Below, piece after piece: positions 41,818-51,981 of a DNA stretch of 64,000 nucleotides. Both the position numbers and the translations under genes were made by a program. Within the stretch, counting starts at the first letter, position 1. Every line of letters starts with the position of its first letter. Below the pieces are notes generated by a model, which saw only the letters and a list, made by a program, of their open reading frames with translations, was not told where the DNA came from and made no database searches. The DNA comes from Ignavibacteriota bacterium (GTDB lineage: Bacteria; Bacteroidota; Ignavibacteria; UBA10030), in the NCBI GenBank assembly GCA_963701295.1, contig OY969585.1, forward strand, positions 2,848,001 to 2,912,000, read 5' to 3'.

Positions 41818-42424
41818 CTAGATTTCTTTTCCGAACAATTGGATCTGAATGTAAATACAATGCATGTCGTTTGATATATCTCTCTATTGATTTTGATATG
41901 AGTTTCGAGACGGTCAATCCTTTCATGAGTCTATTTCTAATTTCCGTAGATGATACCTGAAGAAGCTGACCTTTTATTGGTTGAAATGCAATATTTTGAT
42001 TTTTCAATGATTGATTAAATCCCCTTCGCCTATAGACAGCGAGGGAAGCGAGCTGGAGGATCACTTTGGGTGATTTCCATGATTGAAATTGTTCAAGATT
42101 ATCTGCACCAACGATCAGTATAAGAGCGGCATTCGGGAAACGATTCCTGAATGATTTGAGTGTGTCAACAGTGTAGGATATCCCACGGCGTCGTAATTCT
42201 ATCGTGGAAACTTTGAAATCTTTCTTTCCATCAAGAGCCAACTTCACCATCGTAAGTCTATGTTTTGCTGTTATGGAATGGTGATGCAATTTGTGTGGTG
42301 GTACGTAAGCAGGTACAAAATAGATGATATCCAGAGAAAGCTGTTTCATCGCCTTTTCTGCAATAGCAATATGCCCCCTGTGAGGCGGGTCGAATGTTCC
42401 GCCAAAGATACCGATGCGGCTCAT
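41795..42424 (-). CDS. nadD: Nicotinate-nucleotide adenylyltransferase
   Basis: [34 protein letters not shown]. Confidence 0.95.
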   Translation of the reverse strand: MSRIGIFGGTFDPPHRGHIAIAEKAMKQLSLDIIYFVPAYVPPHKLHHHSITAKHRLTMVKLALDGKKDFKVSTIELRRRGISYTVDTLKSFRNRFPNAALILIVGADNLEQFQSWKSPKVILQLASLAVYRRRGFNQSLKNQNIAFQPIKGQLLQVSSTEIRNRLMKGLTVSKLISKSIERYIKRHALYLHSDPIVRKRNLDEINSTH

Positions 42425-43506
42425 GCTACATCCATATATATTTGAAATGTTTTCTTAGCACATTTATCCCATGAAAAACGCTCAACGTTTTTATATCCCT
42501 TTTGAATGACAGTCGATCGGTACTCTGTGTCGTTCAGAACGTTCTCTATAGCGCTTGTGAGATCTTCATCAGAATGAGGGTCAAATAAGATGCCTCCATC
42601 GCCCATCATTTCTGGAATTGAACCAGCACGAGCCCCGATTGCAGGAATTCCGGAAGCCATAGCTTCCAACACTGAAAAACCAAAACCTTCGTACAACGAC
42701 GGCAGCACAACCACTGATGCGGCACGGTACGCGAGCGCAAGTTCTCTTTGAGATATCTGCCCGATCTCTACTACATCTTTCGTATTATTATTTTCTTTGA
42801 TCAATTTCCAAAGGTTATTCGTTCTTGTAATCGACTCCCCTGAAAAAGCTAATTGGAGATCTGATCGTTGCTTCATATGTGCGAATGCACGAATGAGAAC
42901 TTCAACATTTTTATGAGGTTTGAGACTGCCCGTGTAGAGGATTGTCGGTTTGGTGAGATGATATTTATTCCGAAATTCTTGAATACTCTTTTCTGAATAC
43001 TTCGCTGAATAGATGGAGGATACTCCAAGATGAATAACATGGACTTGAGTCTCATTCACATGGAACATATCCAACAATTCTCGTTTCGTAAATTCAGAAT
43101 CGACAATAATTGCTGCTGAAGACCGGCACGCATGAGAAATAATTGTCCGAGCATATACTCTTTTAGAGAATGAAAAATATTCCTTACCTCTCACGTGTAC
43201 TATGTCGTGGATAGTTGTCACACAAGGCATCTTGAGGCCAAAGGGAGTCGTATAATGAGGAGCGTGGAATACATCTGCCTTCATTCTGTTTGCATCTTTC
43301 GCGATTGACCGTAGCTCACTAAGTGAATATTTCCTAGAAGAGTTCATAACCTTCCGGATGGAAGACGGTAAAGCAATTCTGTCTGCATCGTTGGGTGCAA
43401 GAAGGAGCACTAACTCACTACGCGACCCAACATATGGGCTAAGATTTTGAATATACGTTCCAATACCAAAATCAAAATATTTTCGTGCGTCAAGAACGAT
43501 ACGCAT
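42421..43506 (-). CDS. GT4 glycosyltransferase
   Basis: VTTIHD, PHKNV, PSLYEGFGFSVLEAMASG, RFSW. Confidence 0.92.
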   Translation of the reverse strand: MRIVLDARKYFDFGIGTYIQNLSPYVGSRSELVLLLAPNDADRIALPSSIRKVMNSSRKYSLSELRSIAKDANRMKADVFHAPHYTTPFGLKMPCVTTIHDIVHVRGKEYFSFSKRVYARTIISHACRSSAAIIVDSEFTKRELLDMFHVNETQVHVIHLGVSSIYSAKYSEKSIQEFRNKYHLTKPTILYTGSLKPHKNVEVLIRAFAHMKQRSDLQLAFSGESITRTNNLWKLIKENNNTKDVVEIGQISQRELALAYRAASVVVLPSLYEGFGFSVLEAMASGIPAIGARAGSIPEMMGDGGILFDPHSDEDLTSAIENVLNDTEYRSTVIQKGYKNVERFSWDKCAKKTFQIYMDVA

Positions 43507-44365
43507 AGGAAGAAAAGGCCATAATAATCACTGAACGAGCCCGGCGGTGTTCCTCACCCCGAGTACATAGAAATGGATATAAAAATCTTAAAAGAAGATA
43601 GAACCTCAAGGCTGACAATTCAAACCAAGACCTATGTGAGGCATAGAAGAGAAGCTGTGAATGACGATATTCGGTCTTGATCATATTGATGACTTCGTGA
43701 GATATACTCCCTCCACCTATGTGGATCAACGAATACTCTGCGCAATAAAATGACTGAAAACCGGCATTCTGCAAACGGAAACAAAGATCAGCATCCTCAA
43801 AGTACATGAAGTAACGTTCATCAAATCCGTTTACTTTTTCGAAAGCTGATCGTCGAATCATAACAGCCGCAAATGAAACCCAATCAACTTGTCTCGGAGA
43901 CCTGTTTTTCGGAATGTTCTTGAACAGTGCTGTATCTCTCTTTGTGCGAAGTTCATTCAGAAGAGATGGGAATTTTCCATAAGAATGCTGGTAGGTCCCA
44001 TCTGAGTTCAGCAGCAATGGGCCAACCGCACCGCAGGAAGGATTCTCTTTCATGAATTGACTAAGAGGCGTGATAATATCTTCTTTGAATAATGTATCAT
44101 TATTGATGAAAAACAAATATTCACCGGTTGACGCATTTGCACCAATATTATTTGCCTTGCCAAAACCAAGATTTTGCTGTTGAGCAATAACTTTAATCTT
44201 GGGATATTGCATCTTTATCGCTTCAACACTGCCATCTCTTGAATCATTATCAACAATAATAATTTCGAAAAAACCCTTTTCGTGCATCCTTTTTATTGAC
44301 TCAATACATCGTATGGTATGTTGGCAACCATTAAAGTTTACTATTATAATGGATACCTTAATCAT
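43490..44365 (-). CDS. GT2 glycosyltransferase (rhamnosyltransferase-like)
   Basis: SIIIVNFN, VDNDSRDGS, NLGFGKANN, FINND, GFDERYFMYFEDADLC. Confidence 0.92.
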   Translation of the reverse strand: MIKVSIIIVNFNGCQHTIRCIESIKRMHEKGFFEIIIVDNDSRDGSVEAIKMQYPKIKVIAQQQNLGFGKANNIGANASTGEYLFFINNDTLFKEDIITPLSQFMKENPSCGAVGPLLLNSDGTYQHSYGKFPSLLNELRTKRDTALFKNIPKNRSPRQVDWVSFAAVMIRRSAFEKVNGFDERYFMYFEDADLCFRLQNAGFQSFYCAEYSLIHIGGGSISHEVINMIKTEYRHSQLLFYASHRSWFELSALRFYLLLRFLYPFLCTRGEEHRRARSVIIMAFSSYAYRS

Positions 44366-44432
44366 TTTGAATCCCTTTTATCAGTAATAGCGGATGCATA
44401 GTTAAAATCGATATAAAATATGGACATGCACA

Positions 44433-45422
44433 CTATCTCTTCTTTTGCCTAAAATTGTAATCGAAAAAAATCTTTGATTCTGATCTCCTGCGGCTGTAGA
44501 AATAACGAAGACCTATCATGACAGGCACTGGGAAACAGGCAATCAACCATGCAAAGATTTTCCAGTGTAGACTTAGCCTCTTTTCTGAAAAGTACTGATT
44601 GTAAGATTGAAGGTCATACACACCTTCACTTCGATAAGCAAGAAGGTATTTGAAATTTTTCCAGGGTTCCCTTTGAGTGATACTCTTTTTTGCACCATCA
44701 GAAATATCCTTGAAAGACCAAACCAGTCCGGGCCACTTAAACATCCAAATGTCAATACTGCGTGTTGTCCACTGAGAATTGCCATAACGGATACTAATAT
44801 AAGGATGGGAAATAATTACAGCCGCTTCCTCCAGTGGTCGCTGAAAAAGAACACCAATATGTATAAATTCAGTGCCATAATAAAGCTTCCGCTCTCGGCT
44901 GAGCCATGTGCTTCGCCGTATCACCACCGCACCAATAAATGAAAGAAGCCACATCGCATCAATGAAAAGATTTTCCATTTCATTTGAGGCATATATCTTA
45001 TTCTCTTTCATCCTGATTCGCTGACTTTGCAGGACGCCCGATAATTCGCGGTTCTGAACATCAGCGTTCACAATTACCAACCCATAGCCTGCATTGATTG
45101 CTGATTTCACCGCGGCGACAGCTCCAGGTTTCAGCAGGTCATCATCCGTAAAAAGCCAACAGAAATCTCCACGGGCAAGTTCAACTGATTTATCGTAATC
45201 TTGGTCAACGCCGCCTTTTTGGGGAAAACGGATGTAACGAATTAGTTCGGATTTCTTGATGTAGTTACGCACGACATTCTCAGTATCATCTGTGGACGCT
45301 CCGTCAACCACCACCAATTCAACATCCTCTGTTAACTGAGGAATAATACTATCGAGTGTTTCACCAATGTAATCAGCGCGGTTGTAGGTTGCGATGCATA
45401 TTGAGAGAAGTGGAGCTTTCAT
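44433..45422 (-). CDS. GT2 glycosyltransferase
   Basis: LLSICIATYNRA, VDGASTDDT, WLFTDDD. Confidence 0.9.
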   Translation of the reverse strand: MKAPLLSICIATYNRADYIGETLDSIIPQLTEDVELVVVDGASTDDTENVVRNYIKKSELIRYIRFPQKGGVDQDYDKSVELARGDFCWLFTDDDLLKPGAVAAVKSAINAGYGLVIVNADVQNRELSGVLQSQRIRMKENKIYASNEMENLFIDAMWLLSFIGAVVIRRSTWLSRERKLYYGTEFIHIGVLFQRPLEEAAVIISHPYISIRYGNSQWTTRSIDIWMFKWPGLVWSFKDISDGAKKSITQREPWKNFKYLLAYRSEGVYDLQSYNQYFSEKRLSLHWKIFAWLIACFPVPVMIGLRYFYSRRRSESKIFFDYNFRQKKR

Positions 45423-46390
45423 TCACTTTCCTCAGCTTTAATGAATTCGAGCATGATGACACCTTCGCCCGGAAGATCGTCTGTAGAAGAAAACGACTGA
45501 TATTCTCTTGCAATCATGTAGGGCTCGCGCCAGAAGGGATAAAAAGCACCAAGAAGTCGCTTCATCGAAGTATTCCTGAAAAAAAGGCCACGGCTCTTTT
45601 CACCATAGACTGCGAAATAAACTGGCATACCCGTTACACTAAAAATGCACGACTCTAACCGTTTACGATCATAATAATGCTGCCAGAAGGTATAGCCATC
45701 GTCTCCCTGATTGAGCACACCGTACTGGTTATAGCTGATGTACTGTTCCGTCGATTGAGACAAACAGGGGAGCGTCAGGATGAGTTTTCCGCCAAGACGA
45801 AGTAGTGACCACATCGTTTTAAGGGCAGCTTTATCTTCAGGTATATGCTCCAGTACGGAGAGACAGGTTATGAGATCAAATGAAGCAGAAGGAAAACTGG
45901 TATTCTCAAGGATGTCATTGAAAAACTCGCAGCGAGATTTCAACCCAAGTGCATTTGCCAACTTCTCTGTCTCTCTCAGATCATTTGAATCTGGATTAAT
46001 TAGTTCAGCGGTTGCTCCTGGCGCCGCTTTCAAAAGAAGGAGCGGCATGAGCCGTGGGGAAGAGACATCAAGGTAGCGTCTGAAGGAAAAACCCTCCAAC
46101 CTTTTCCAGACTTCGTGAAACTCAAAATAACGAGTTGAATCCATAGGTAAAAAAAGATAATTATAGCAGGTTTTCAGTGATATGCGTCTAGTAATGAACA
46201 GAATCGCAGCGGTTGCTGCACAACGCAGATGAAAACCAATTCCTGGTGCTCCTGCAATTTGAGCCATTACAAGATAGAGGGGCGAGAAAAATATTCCCTT
46301 CAGTCGTACCCACAGTTTGTACAAAAAGCTGTACGACATCGGAAGCGGGACTTCAATAAATTGTTTTCTAACATGAGGGTCGTTGTTCAT
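45419..46390 (-). CDS. Class I SAM-dependent methyltransferase (polysaccharide-associated)
   Basis: RYFEF...YLDVSSP, SFDLITCLSVLEHI, LRLGGKLILT. Confidence 0.8.
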   Translation of the reverse strand: MNNDPHVRKQFIEVPLPMSYSFLYKLWVRLKGIFFSPLYLVMAQIAGAPGIGFHLRCAATAAILFITRRISLKTCYNYLFLPMDSTRYFEFHEVWKRLEGFSFRRYLDVSSPRLMPLLLLKAAPGATAELINPDSNDLRETEKLANALGLKSRCEFFNDILENTSFPSASFDLITCLSVLEHIPEDKAALKTMWSLLRLGGKLILTLPCLSQSTEQYISYNQYGVLNQGDDGYTFWQHYYDRKRLESCIFSVTGMPVYFAVYGEKSRGLFFRNTSMKRLLGAFYPFWREPYMIAREYQSFSSTDDLPGEGVIMLEFIKAEESE

Positions 46391-46478
46391 TTTATTTATG
46401 ATGAACTAAATCTTTCTATTTAGAGATTATTAGGTTGCTTCGAAGCAATTCGCAATATAATTCCCGATAATTATTTTA

Positions 46479-47307
46479 GGTAATTAGGTAAGAATGTAAC
46501 CATAGAATAATTGTAAGTATATTATTTTATGGCAAGTTCCAGTAAAATCAGTTACCATGACAACTTTTTGAGTGGAAAGAAGTGTGTGTATTGTGGATCG
46601 TTCAACGTCTGTCGAACGAAACGCGGCTACGTAAAATGCAACAAGTGTCAAAGACAAAAAGGAAGTCATCTTCTTCGGCGAGAGTTGAAAATCATTCTTG
46701 GTTTTTATCAACAGCAACCGGCGTATCGATTGGCAAATGATCTTGGAATAAATTATAAAACTGTTACCAGAGTCTATCAGCGCATTCGAGAAGCGATTTA
46801 TCATGTGAGCGAACTTGAAGCTGGCAAGCTCAAAGGAGAAATAGAATTGGACGAAGCGTATTTTGGTGGTCGTCGCAAAGGCAAACGAGGACGCGGTGCA
46901 GGCGGAAAAAGTATCGTTTTTGGGCTTCTGGAGCGCAATGGACGGGTCTATACTAAGGTTGTTGATTCTGTCTCGGCCAATGAATTGATGGATCATATTC
47001 GACAACATACCAAGAAAGGATCGGTCTACTTCACGGACACCTTTCGTAGTTATCGCTCCTTGAAACGCTTTGGAAAACATCATACCATTAGTCATGGAAA
47101 GAAATTTCCGAAAACAAAGAATCATATTAATGGTATTGAAGGATTTTGGTCTTTTGCTAAACATGTCTTATATAATTATCGCGGTGTTTCAAAATATCAT
47201 TTTCCTATGTATCTTAAAGAAGTTGAATATCGTTTTAACCATCGCGATGACAATTTGTTGAAACTCTTTACTCTAATCTATTTCGGTTACGTTTCTACCT
47301 AATTACC
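46479..47307 (+). mobile_element. IS1595-family insertion sequence, copy 1 (829 bp), with 8-bp TSD TTATTTTA
   Basis: TIRs GGTAATTAGGTAAGAATGTAACC / GGTTACGTTTCTACCTAATTACC; TTATTTTA at 46471-46478 and 47308-47315. Confidence 0.95.
46529..47302 (+). CDS. IS1595-family (ISXO2-like) transposase
   Basis: Zn finger CVYC..CNKC, HTH, ELDEAYFGG, RGRGAGGK, FTD, NHINGIEGFWS, YLKEVEYRFN. Confidence 0.95.
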   Translation: MASSSKISYHDNFLSGKKCVYCGSFNVCRTKRGYVKCNKCQRQKGSHLLRRELKIILGFYQQQPAYRLANDLGINYKTVTRVYQRIREAIYHVSELEAGKLKGEIELDEAYFGGRRKGKRGRGAGGKSIVFGLLERNGRVYTKVVDSVSANELMDHIRQHTKKGSVYFTDTFRSYRSLKRFGKHHTISHGKKFPKTKNHINGIEGFWSFAKHVLYNYRGVSKYHFPMYLKEVEYRFNHRDDNLLKLFTLIYFGYVST

Positions 47308-47330
47308 TTATTTTAATACCGGGTGCCACA

Positions 47331-48875
47331 TCAAATTGATTTTATTTTCAAAAAAAATAATGCATGCAACCATGTTCTCGTTACAGGAGTAATAATTGCC
47401 GTTATTCCAAGTGTAAGAACTGAAATAATAATTAAATAGTGTACCATTATATATTGGGAAATAGGCTCTTTCACCAACATTCGACCAAAACCTGCTACCA
47501 ATGTGGATGCCACAAGTGCTAGGCAGACATCTTGCCGATACCACCGCCACATTTCTTTTCGTAATATTTTTCGGTGCATTATGGGAATTTCAAAAAATAC
47601 GTATCCGATATTCAAAAGCACCCATGCACTTGATGCACCTACAGCACCATATTGCATCGCTAAAAATATAATCAGTGGAACCATAATAATCACAGCAATA
47701 ATATTTTTGATAAAAGATAATTTTGTCCACCCAAACGCCAGCTGTAATGCATACGGTGGATTCATAAGACCATTCAATGCAGTTCCACAAATCATAATAC
47801 TAACAATGAGATGAGTCTTTTCGGCTGTTATCGGATTCTGTGTCCACAGAAAAATAACTTCATAGGAAAACAAAGCAATAACAATTGCGATTGGCAAGGT
47901 CAATACTGCAATGAATTGGCAGCTTTTATGATAAAGACGTTTTAATTCATCCAAATCATTAATTGAAACCAGTTGAGTAAATCTTGGGTAAATACTAAAA
48001 AAAACTGGAGAAAAAAGACGCCCAAGACTCATTGCTATCAAACTTGCAAGCGAATAATAACCAAACATTTCCAACGAGAGTAACTTGCTTAATATAACCT
48101 TATCTATCTGCGTAAGAACAACTGCAAGAATGGAAATTCCACTCATTCCTGCTGTAAACTTCCAAATTCCTTGAAGAAGTATTTTTTGAAAAACAGGTTT
48201 ACTTTCAGTACGAGGAAGATTTTTCCACAAAGTAACTGTAAATATAAAAGAATTAACGATACTAATTCCCAATTGCCATAATAAAAATGCCTGTATAGTC
48301 GGAGAAACCAACCATAAAACGAAGACAGCGCCAACACCGCGCAATGTGCCCATGCATATATTGATACCATTAAGAAGAACCTGTTTTTGCAATCCCATCA
48401 GTCCTCCAGAATAAAATCCGTTAGGCATCTGAAAAATCGCAATGAGACCCATAATCACAAATGCTTGTTCAATTATTTTGGGAGATAATGCTCCTGCTTT
48501 TACCCAATAATGCGCTAAGAATGGTGAAATTGATATAATCACAATTCCTACAAAAACAGCAATACCCCAATATATCGTTTCCAGAGTACGAACAAGGTTG
48601 CGTCTTTCTTGGTCCTTCCCCGGCAAAACGGATAGCCTCGCCATTTCCCTGGTTAGGGTACTTCCTAAACCTACGTCTAAAAGTCCAAAAATAGCTTGAA
48701 GTGTCGCAAATATACCAACTAAACCATACGACTCCATTCCTATGTACTTAATGTATAATGGAATAAAGAGCAAACCCATAAGAGCCTGCCAAAAGGTTCC
48801 GGCAAAATTGGCAGTAATATTTTTTTTTAAAGGATTTGAAGAAATTTGTGAAGATGTAGATTTTTCATTTATCAT
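47331..48875 (-). CDS. Wzx-type oligosaccharide flippase
   Basis: KNITANFAG, YGLVG, LDVGL, TQIDKVILSKLL..FGYYSLA; many TM segments. Confidence 0.88.
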   Translation of the reverse strand: MINEKSTSSQISSNPLKKNITANFAGTFWQALMGLLFIPLYIKYIGMESYGLVGIFATLQAIFGLLDVGLGSTLTREMARLSVLPGKDQERRNLVRTLETIYWGIAVFVGIVIISISPFLAHYWVKAGALSPKIIEQAFVIMGLIAIFQMPNGFYSGGLMGLQKQVLLNGINICMGTLRGVGAVFVLWLVSPTIQAFLLWQLGISIVNSFIFTVTLWKNLPRTESKPVFQKILLQGIWKFTAGMSGISILAVVLTQIDKVILSKLLSLEMFGYYSLASLIAMSLGRLFSPVFFSIYPRFTQLVSINDLDELKRLYHKSCQFIAVLTLPIAIVIALFSYEVIFLWTQNPITAEKTHLIVSIMICGTALNGLMNPPYALQLAFGWTKLSFIKNIIAVIIMVPLIIFLAMQYGAVGASSAWVLLNIGYVFFEIPIMHRKILRKEMWRWYRQDVCLALVASTLVAGFGRMLVKEPISQYIMVHYLIIISVLTLGITAIITPVTRTWLHALFFLKIKSI

Positions 48876-48976
48876 TCAAAACCCTGTACGAATAATAATT
48901 TTTCCACATACTTATCGATCGCATATTTTTAAAATAATTCCTTTCCTGAATTGTTGAATACCAATACATATGGCCT

Positions 48977-49870
48977 CTAAAAGTTACTTTCACCCATCAT
49001 GACATCTGCAAGCTGGTGAAAACTGACTTTTTGTTTCCATCCAAGGCTTTTAATCAAAGATGGATTACTAACTAATATGTTAAATTCAGGAACGTAATTA
49101 TCTTTTAATTGGATATGCTCTTCCCATTTTTTGTTGATTTTACTGAAACAATATTCTATCCACTCCTTCATACTGTGCGCCTCTCCAGAACCAATAACTG
49201 CCTCGTGAATATTATTTTGATTAATTAAAATCCAAATTGCTTCTATTACATCCAATGCATAATTAAATTCCTTTTGAACATTAATATTTCCCAATTCTAT
49301 TTTTTCGTTACTCCCCGACTTAATTCGCTTTATGGTTTGAACGATCTTCTGGTTAATATGTTTTTCTGATCTAATAGGACTATCATGATGAAATAAATAT
49401 CCGACATATGTTTGCAAACCAAACGTGTTCCGATAATATCGAGAAGAATAAACTGAGTGTATTCGTGATACAGAATATGGACTAGAACCTTCAAATGAAG
49501 TTTGTTCATCGATTGGGTTTCCATCATTCTTAAATTGCAATGCACTTCCAGAAATAAATATTTTTGAGTCTGGACAGTGAAGTCTTGCAGATTCAAGAAT
49601 ATTTAGAGTACCGGTACAAATTGTTTGATGATTTTCAAATAATGCGGAGTGCTTTGTAGTAGAAATTGAGGCAAAATTGAAAATATATCTGGGCTGTTTT
49701 ATTTTTATTTGTTCTTCAACAAAAGCATAATCACGGACATCGCCAATGATACTTCCTTCGGATCTCGATATGCAGTCTACCTTCTTTCCATTATTTTCTA
49801 GTAAATACTTTAAATATCTGCCATCCTGACCATTTGAACCAAAGATAATTGCATCAATACGCTCCTTCAT
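48977..49870 (-). CDS. GMD-like NDP-sugar SDR enzyme with altered catalytic residues (possible reductase)
   Basis: GSNGQDG nucleotide-binding motif, SPYSVSR, GYLFHHDSP, ELGN. Confidence 0.8.
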   Translation of the reverse strand: MKERIDAIIFGSNGQDGRYLKYLLENNGKKVDCISRSEGSIIGDVRDYAFVEEQIKIKQPRYIFNFASISTTKHSALFENHQTICTGTLNILESARLHCPDSKIFISGSALQFKNDGNPIDEQTSFEGSSPYSVSRIHSVYSSRYYRNTFGLQTYVGYLFHHDSPIRSEKHINQKIVQTIKRIKSGSNEKIELGNINVQKEFNYALDVIEAIWILINQNNIHEAVIGSGEAHSMKEWIEYCFSKINKKWEEHIQLKDNYVPEFNILVSNPSLIKSLGWKQKVSFHQLADVMMGESNF

Positions 49871-49882
49871 TGTAATTCCCTT

Positions 49883-51112
49883 TTATACAATTTCAATTTC
49901 CGGCAATGGGAAAATAAATTTTCCTCCTTGTGCGACATATTCTTTTTCGCGATGTAAAATACTATCCTTAAAATGCCAAGGTAAAACTAAAAAATAATCT
50001 GGATTCATTGCTTTCGCTTCAACTTCAGATATGATCGGTATATTTGTGCCAGGAGTAAAAGAACCATATTTTTCCTTGTTTACTTCAGCAATAAATGGAA
50101 TGTGCTTACTCGTAAATCCACAAAATTGCAATAATACATTTCCCTTTGTACTAGCTCCATAACCAATAATTTTCCTTCCATCCGCAACTAATGCTTGAAT
50201 TAAATTTATTAAGTTTTTCCGGTGTCGGAATACTCTTTCTTCAAAATCTCTATACGGTTTTGGATTATCAAGTCCCATATCATCTTCTTGTTTTAGCAAC
50301 CAATCAATGATCGGTGTATTAGGCATATAAGACGCATTCTTTTTACAAGACGTAACCGCAAAACTTCCACCATTAATTGAGCTCATTTGAACATCCATAA
50401 CCTTCATTCCACAAATATCCAAAATACTTTTAACAACTTTTAAAGAGTAAAATTCTAAATGTTCATGACAAATTGTATCATAACTATTAGTTCGAAGCAT
50501 ACTTGGCATATAGCTTTGTTCAAAATGCCAAATACCATCATCTGTTAAACATTGTTCAATATCTCTTACAAAATCTATCGGTGATTCTAAATCATAGAAC
50601 ATCGCAATGGATGTGATAATTTTAGCTTTGTCATTGGGGATATTGTCCTTAAATGTCTTTGCAGTAAAAAAATCAGGAATTAAAGTGATATCATTTCCAT
50701 AGTATTTTTTGAACTTCAATCCGGTAGGGTCTATTCCAACTTTTTTATGCTTTCCCGAATATGCCTTTAATGATGTTGCATCATTACTACCAATATCTAT
50801 TACTAAGTCAGTATCGTTTAGTTTGACAAGACGTTCCAGGGTTTTAATTTTTTGTTCAAGATGTCTTACCATTGATGAATTTAATCCAGATCGGTATCCA
50901 TAATTATCTCCGTACATCTCTTGAAGACTGTAAGATTGTTTCATTTGTAATAATCCACTGTCAGGACACCAAACTAGGTCCAAAGGACCTTTTGTGATCT
51001 TTTCATCAATCCTTTTTGGAAAAACGCCTGTTAGATATTGATTCCCAAGAGATAATACTGGTATAAGATTTGTACTCTGACTAATTCGACATTTGGTTAT
51101 TTCTGAATACAT
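49883..51112 (-). CDS. NDP-hexose C-methyltransferase (Zn-binding class I SAM family)
   Basis: KCRIS..LSLGNQYLTG, LVWC, YGYRSG, DIGSND, SIAMFYDL, YDTICHEHLEFY, GYGASTKGN, GSFTPGTNIPI, LPWHF. Confidence 0.88.
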   Translation of the reverse strand: MYSEITKCRISQSTNLIPVLSLGNQYLTGVFPKRIDEKITKGPLDLVWCPDSGLLQMKQSYSLQEMYGDNYGYRSGLNSSMVRHLEQKIKTLERLVKLNDTDLVIDIGSNDATSLKAYSGKHKKVGIDPTGLKFKKYYGNDITLIPDFFTAKTFKDNIPNDKAKIITSIAMFYDLESPIDFVRDIEQCLTDDGIWHFEQSYMPSMLRTNSYDTICHEHLEFYSLKVVKSILDICGMKVMDVQMSSINGGSFAVTSCKKNASYMPNTPIIDWLLKQEDDMGLDNPKPYRDFEERVFRHRKNLINLIQALVADGRKIIGYGASTKGNVLLQFCGFTSKHIPFIAEVNKEKYGSFTPGTNIPIISEVEAKAMNPDYFLVLPWHFKDSILHREKEYVAQGGKFIFPLPEIEIV

Positions 51113-51152
51113 ACTTAATAGTCCTATATGATAGGTTCATATTATAGTTTTA

Positions 51153-51981
51153 GGTAATTAGGTAGAAACGTAACCGAAATAGATTAGAGTAAAGAGTTTC
51201 AACAAATTGTCATCGCGATGGTTAAAACGATATTCAACTTCTTTAAGATACATAGGAAAATGATATTTTGAAACACCGCGATAATTATATAAGACATGTT
51301 TAGCAAAAGACCAAAATCCTTCAATACCATTAATATGATTCTTTGTTTTCGGAAATTTCTTTCCATGACTAATGGTATGATGTTTTCCAAAGCGTTTCAA
51401 GGAGCGATAACTACGAAAGGTGTCCGTGAAGTAGACCGATCCTTTCTTGGTATGTTGTCGAATATGATCCATCAATTCATTGGCCGAGACAGAATCAACA
51501 ATCTTAGTATAGACCCGTCCATTGCGCTCCAGAAGCCCAAAAACGATACTTTTTCCGCCTGCACCGCGTCCTCGTTTGCCTTTGCGACGACCACCAAAAT
51601 ACGCTTCGTCCAATTCTATTTCTCCTTTGAGCTTGCCAGCTTCAAGTTCGCTCACATGATAAATCGCTTCTCGAATGCGCTGATAGACTCTGGTAACAGT
51701 TTTATAATTTATTCCAAGATCATTTGCCAATCGATACGCCGGTTGCTGTTGATAAAAACCAAGAATGATTTTCAACTCTCGCCGAAGAAGATGACTTCCT
51801 TTTTGTCTTTGACACTTGTTGCATTTTACGTAGCCGCGTTTCGTTCGACAGACGTTGAACGATCCACAATACACACACTTCTTTCCACTCAAAAAGTTGT
51901 CATGGTAACTGATTTTACTGGAACTTGCCATAAAATAATATACTTACAATTATTCTATGGTTACATTCTTACCTAATTACC
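51153..51981 (-). mobile_element. IS1595-family insertion sequence, copy 2 (829 bp), inverted, no matching TSD
   Basis: Same TIRs as copy 1; flanks TAGTTTTA and AAATTTTA differ. Confidence 0.95.
51158..51931 (-). CDS. IS1595-family transposase (differs from copy 1 by V>I in TKVVDS)
   Basis: ORF-track translation identical to 46529..47302 except KIVDS. Confidence 0.95.
   Translation of the reverse strand: MASSSKISYHDNFLSGKKCVYCGSFNVCRTKRGYVKCNKCQRQKGSHLLRRELKIILGFYQQQPAYRLANDLGINYKTVTRVYQRIREAIYHVSELEAGKLKGEIELDEAYFGGRRKGKRGRGAGGKSIVFGLLERNGRVYTKIVDSVSANELMDHIRQHTKKGSVYFTDTFRSYRSLKRFGKHHTISHGKKFPKTKNHINGIEGFWSFAKHVLYNYRGVSKYHFPMYLKEVEYRFNHRDDNLLKLFTLIYFGYVST

Noticed and set aside
46484-47164. 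226-aa antisense ORF in the IS (also 51296..51976)
   Set aside because: Shadow of the transposase frame with no motifs; duplicated only because the IS is duplicated.
46479-51981. Insertion of the whole IS-wzx-SDR-MTase-IS block as one composite transposon
   Set aside because: The outer flanks (TTATTTTA, AAATTTTA) do not match and copy 1 has its own TSD, so the copies inserted independently.
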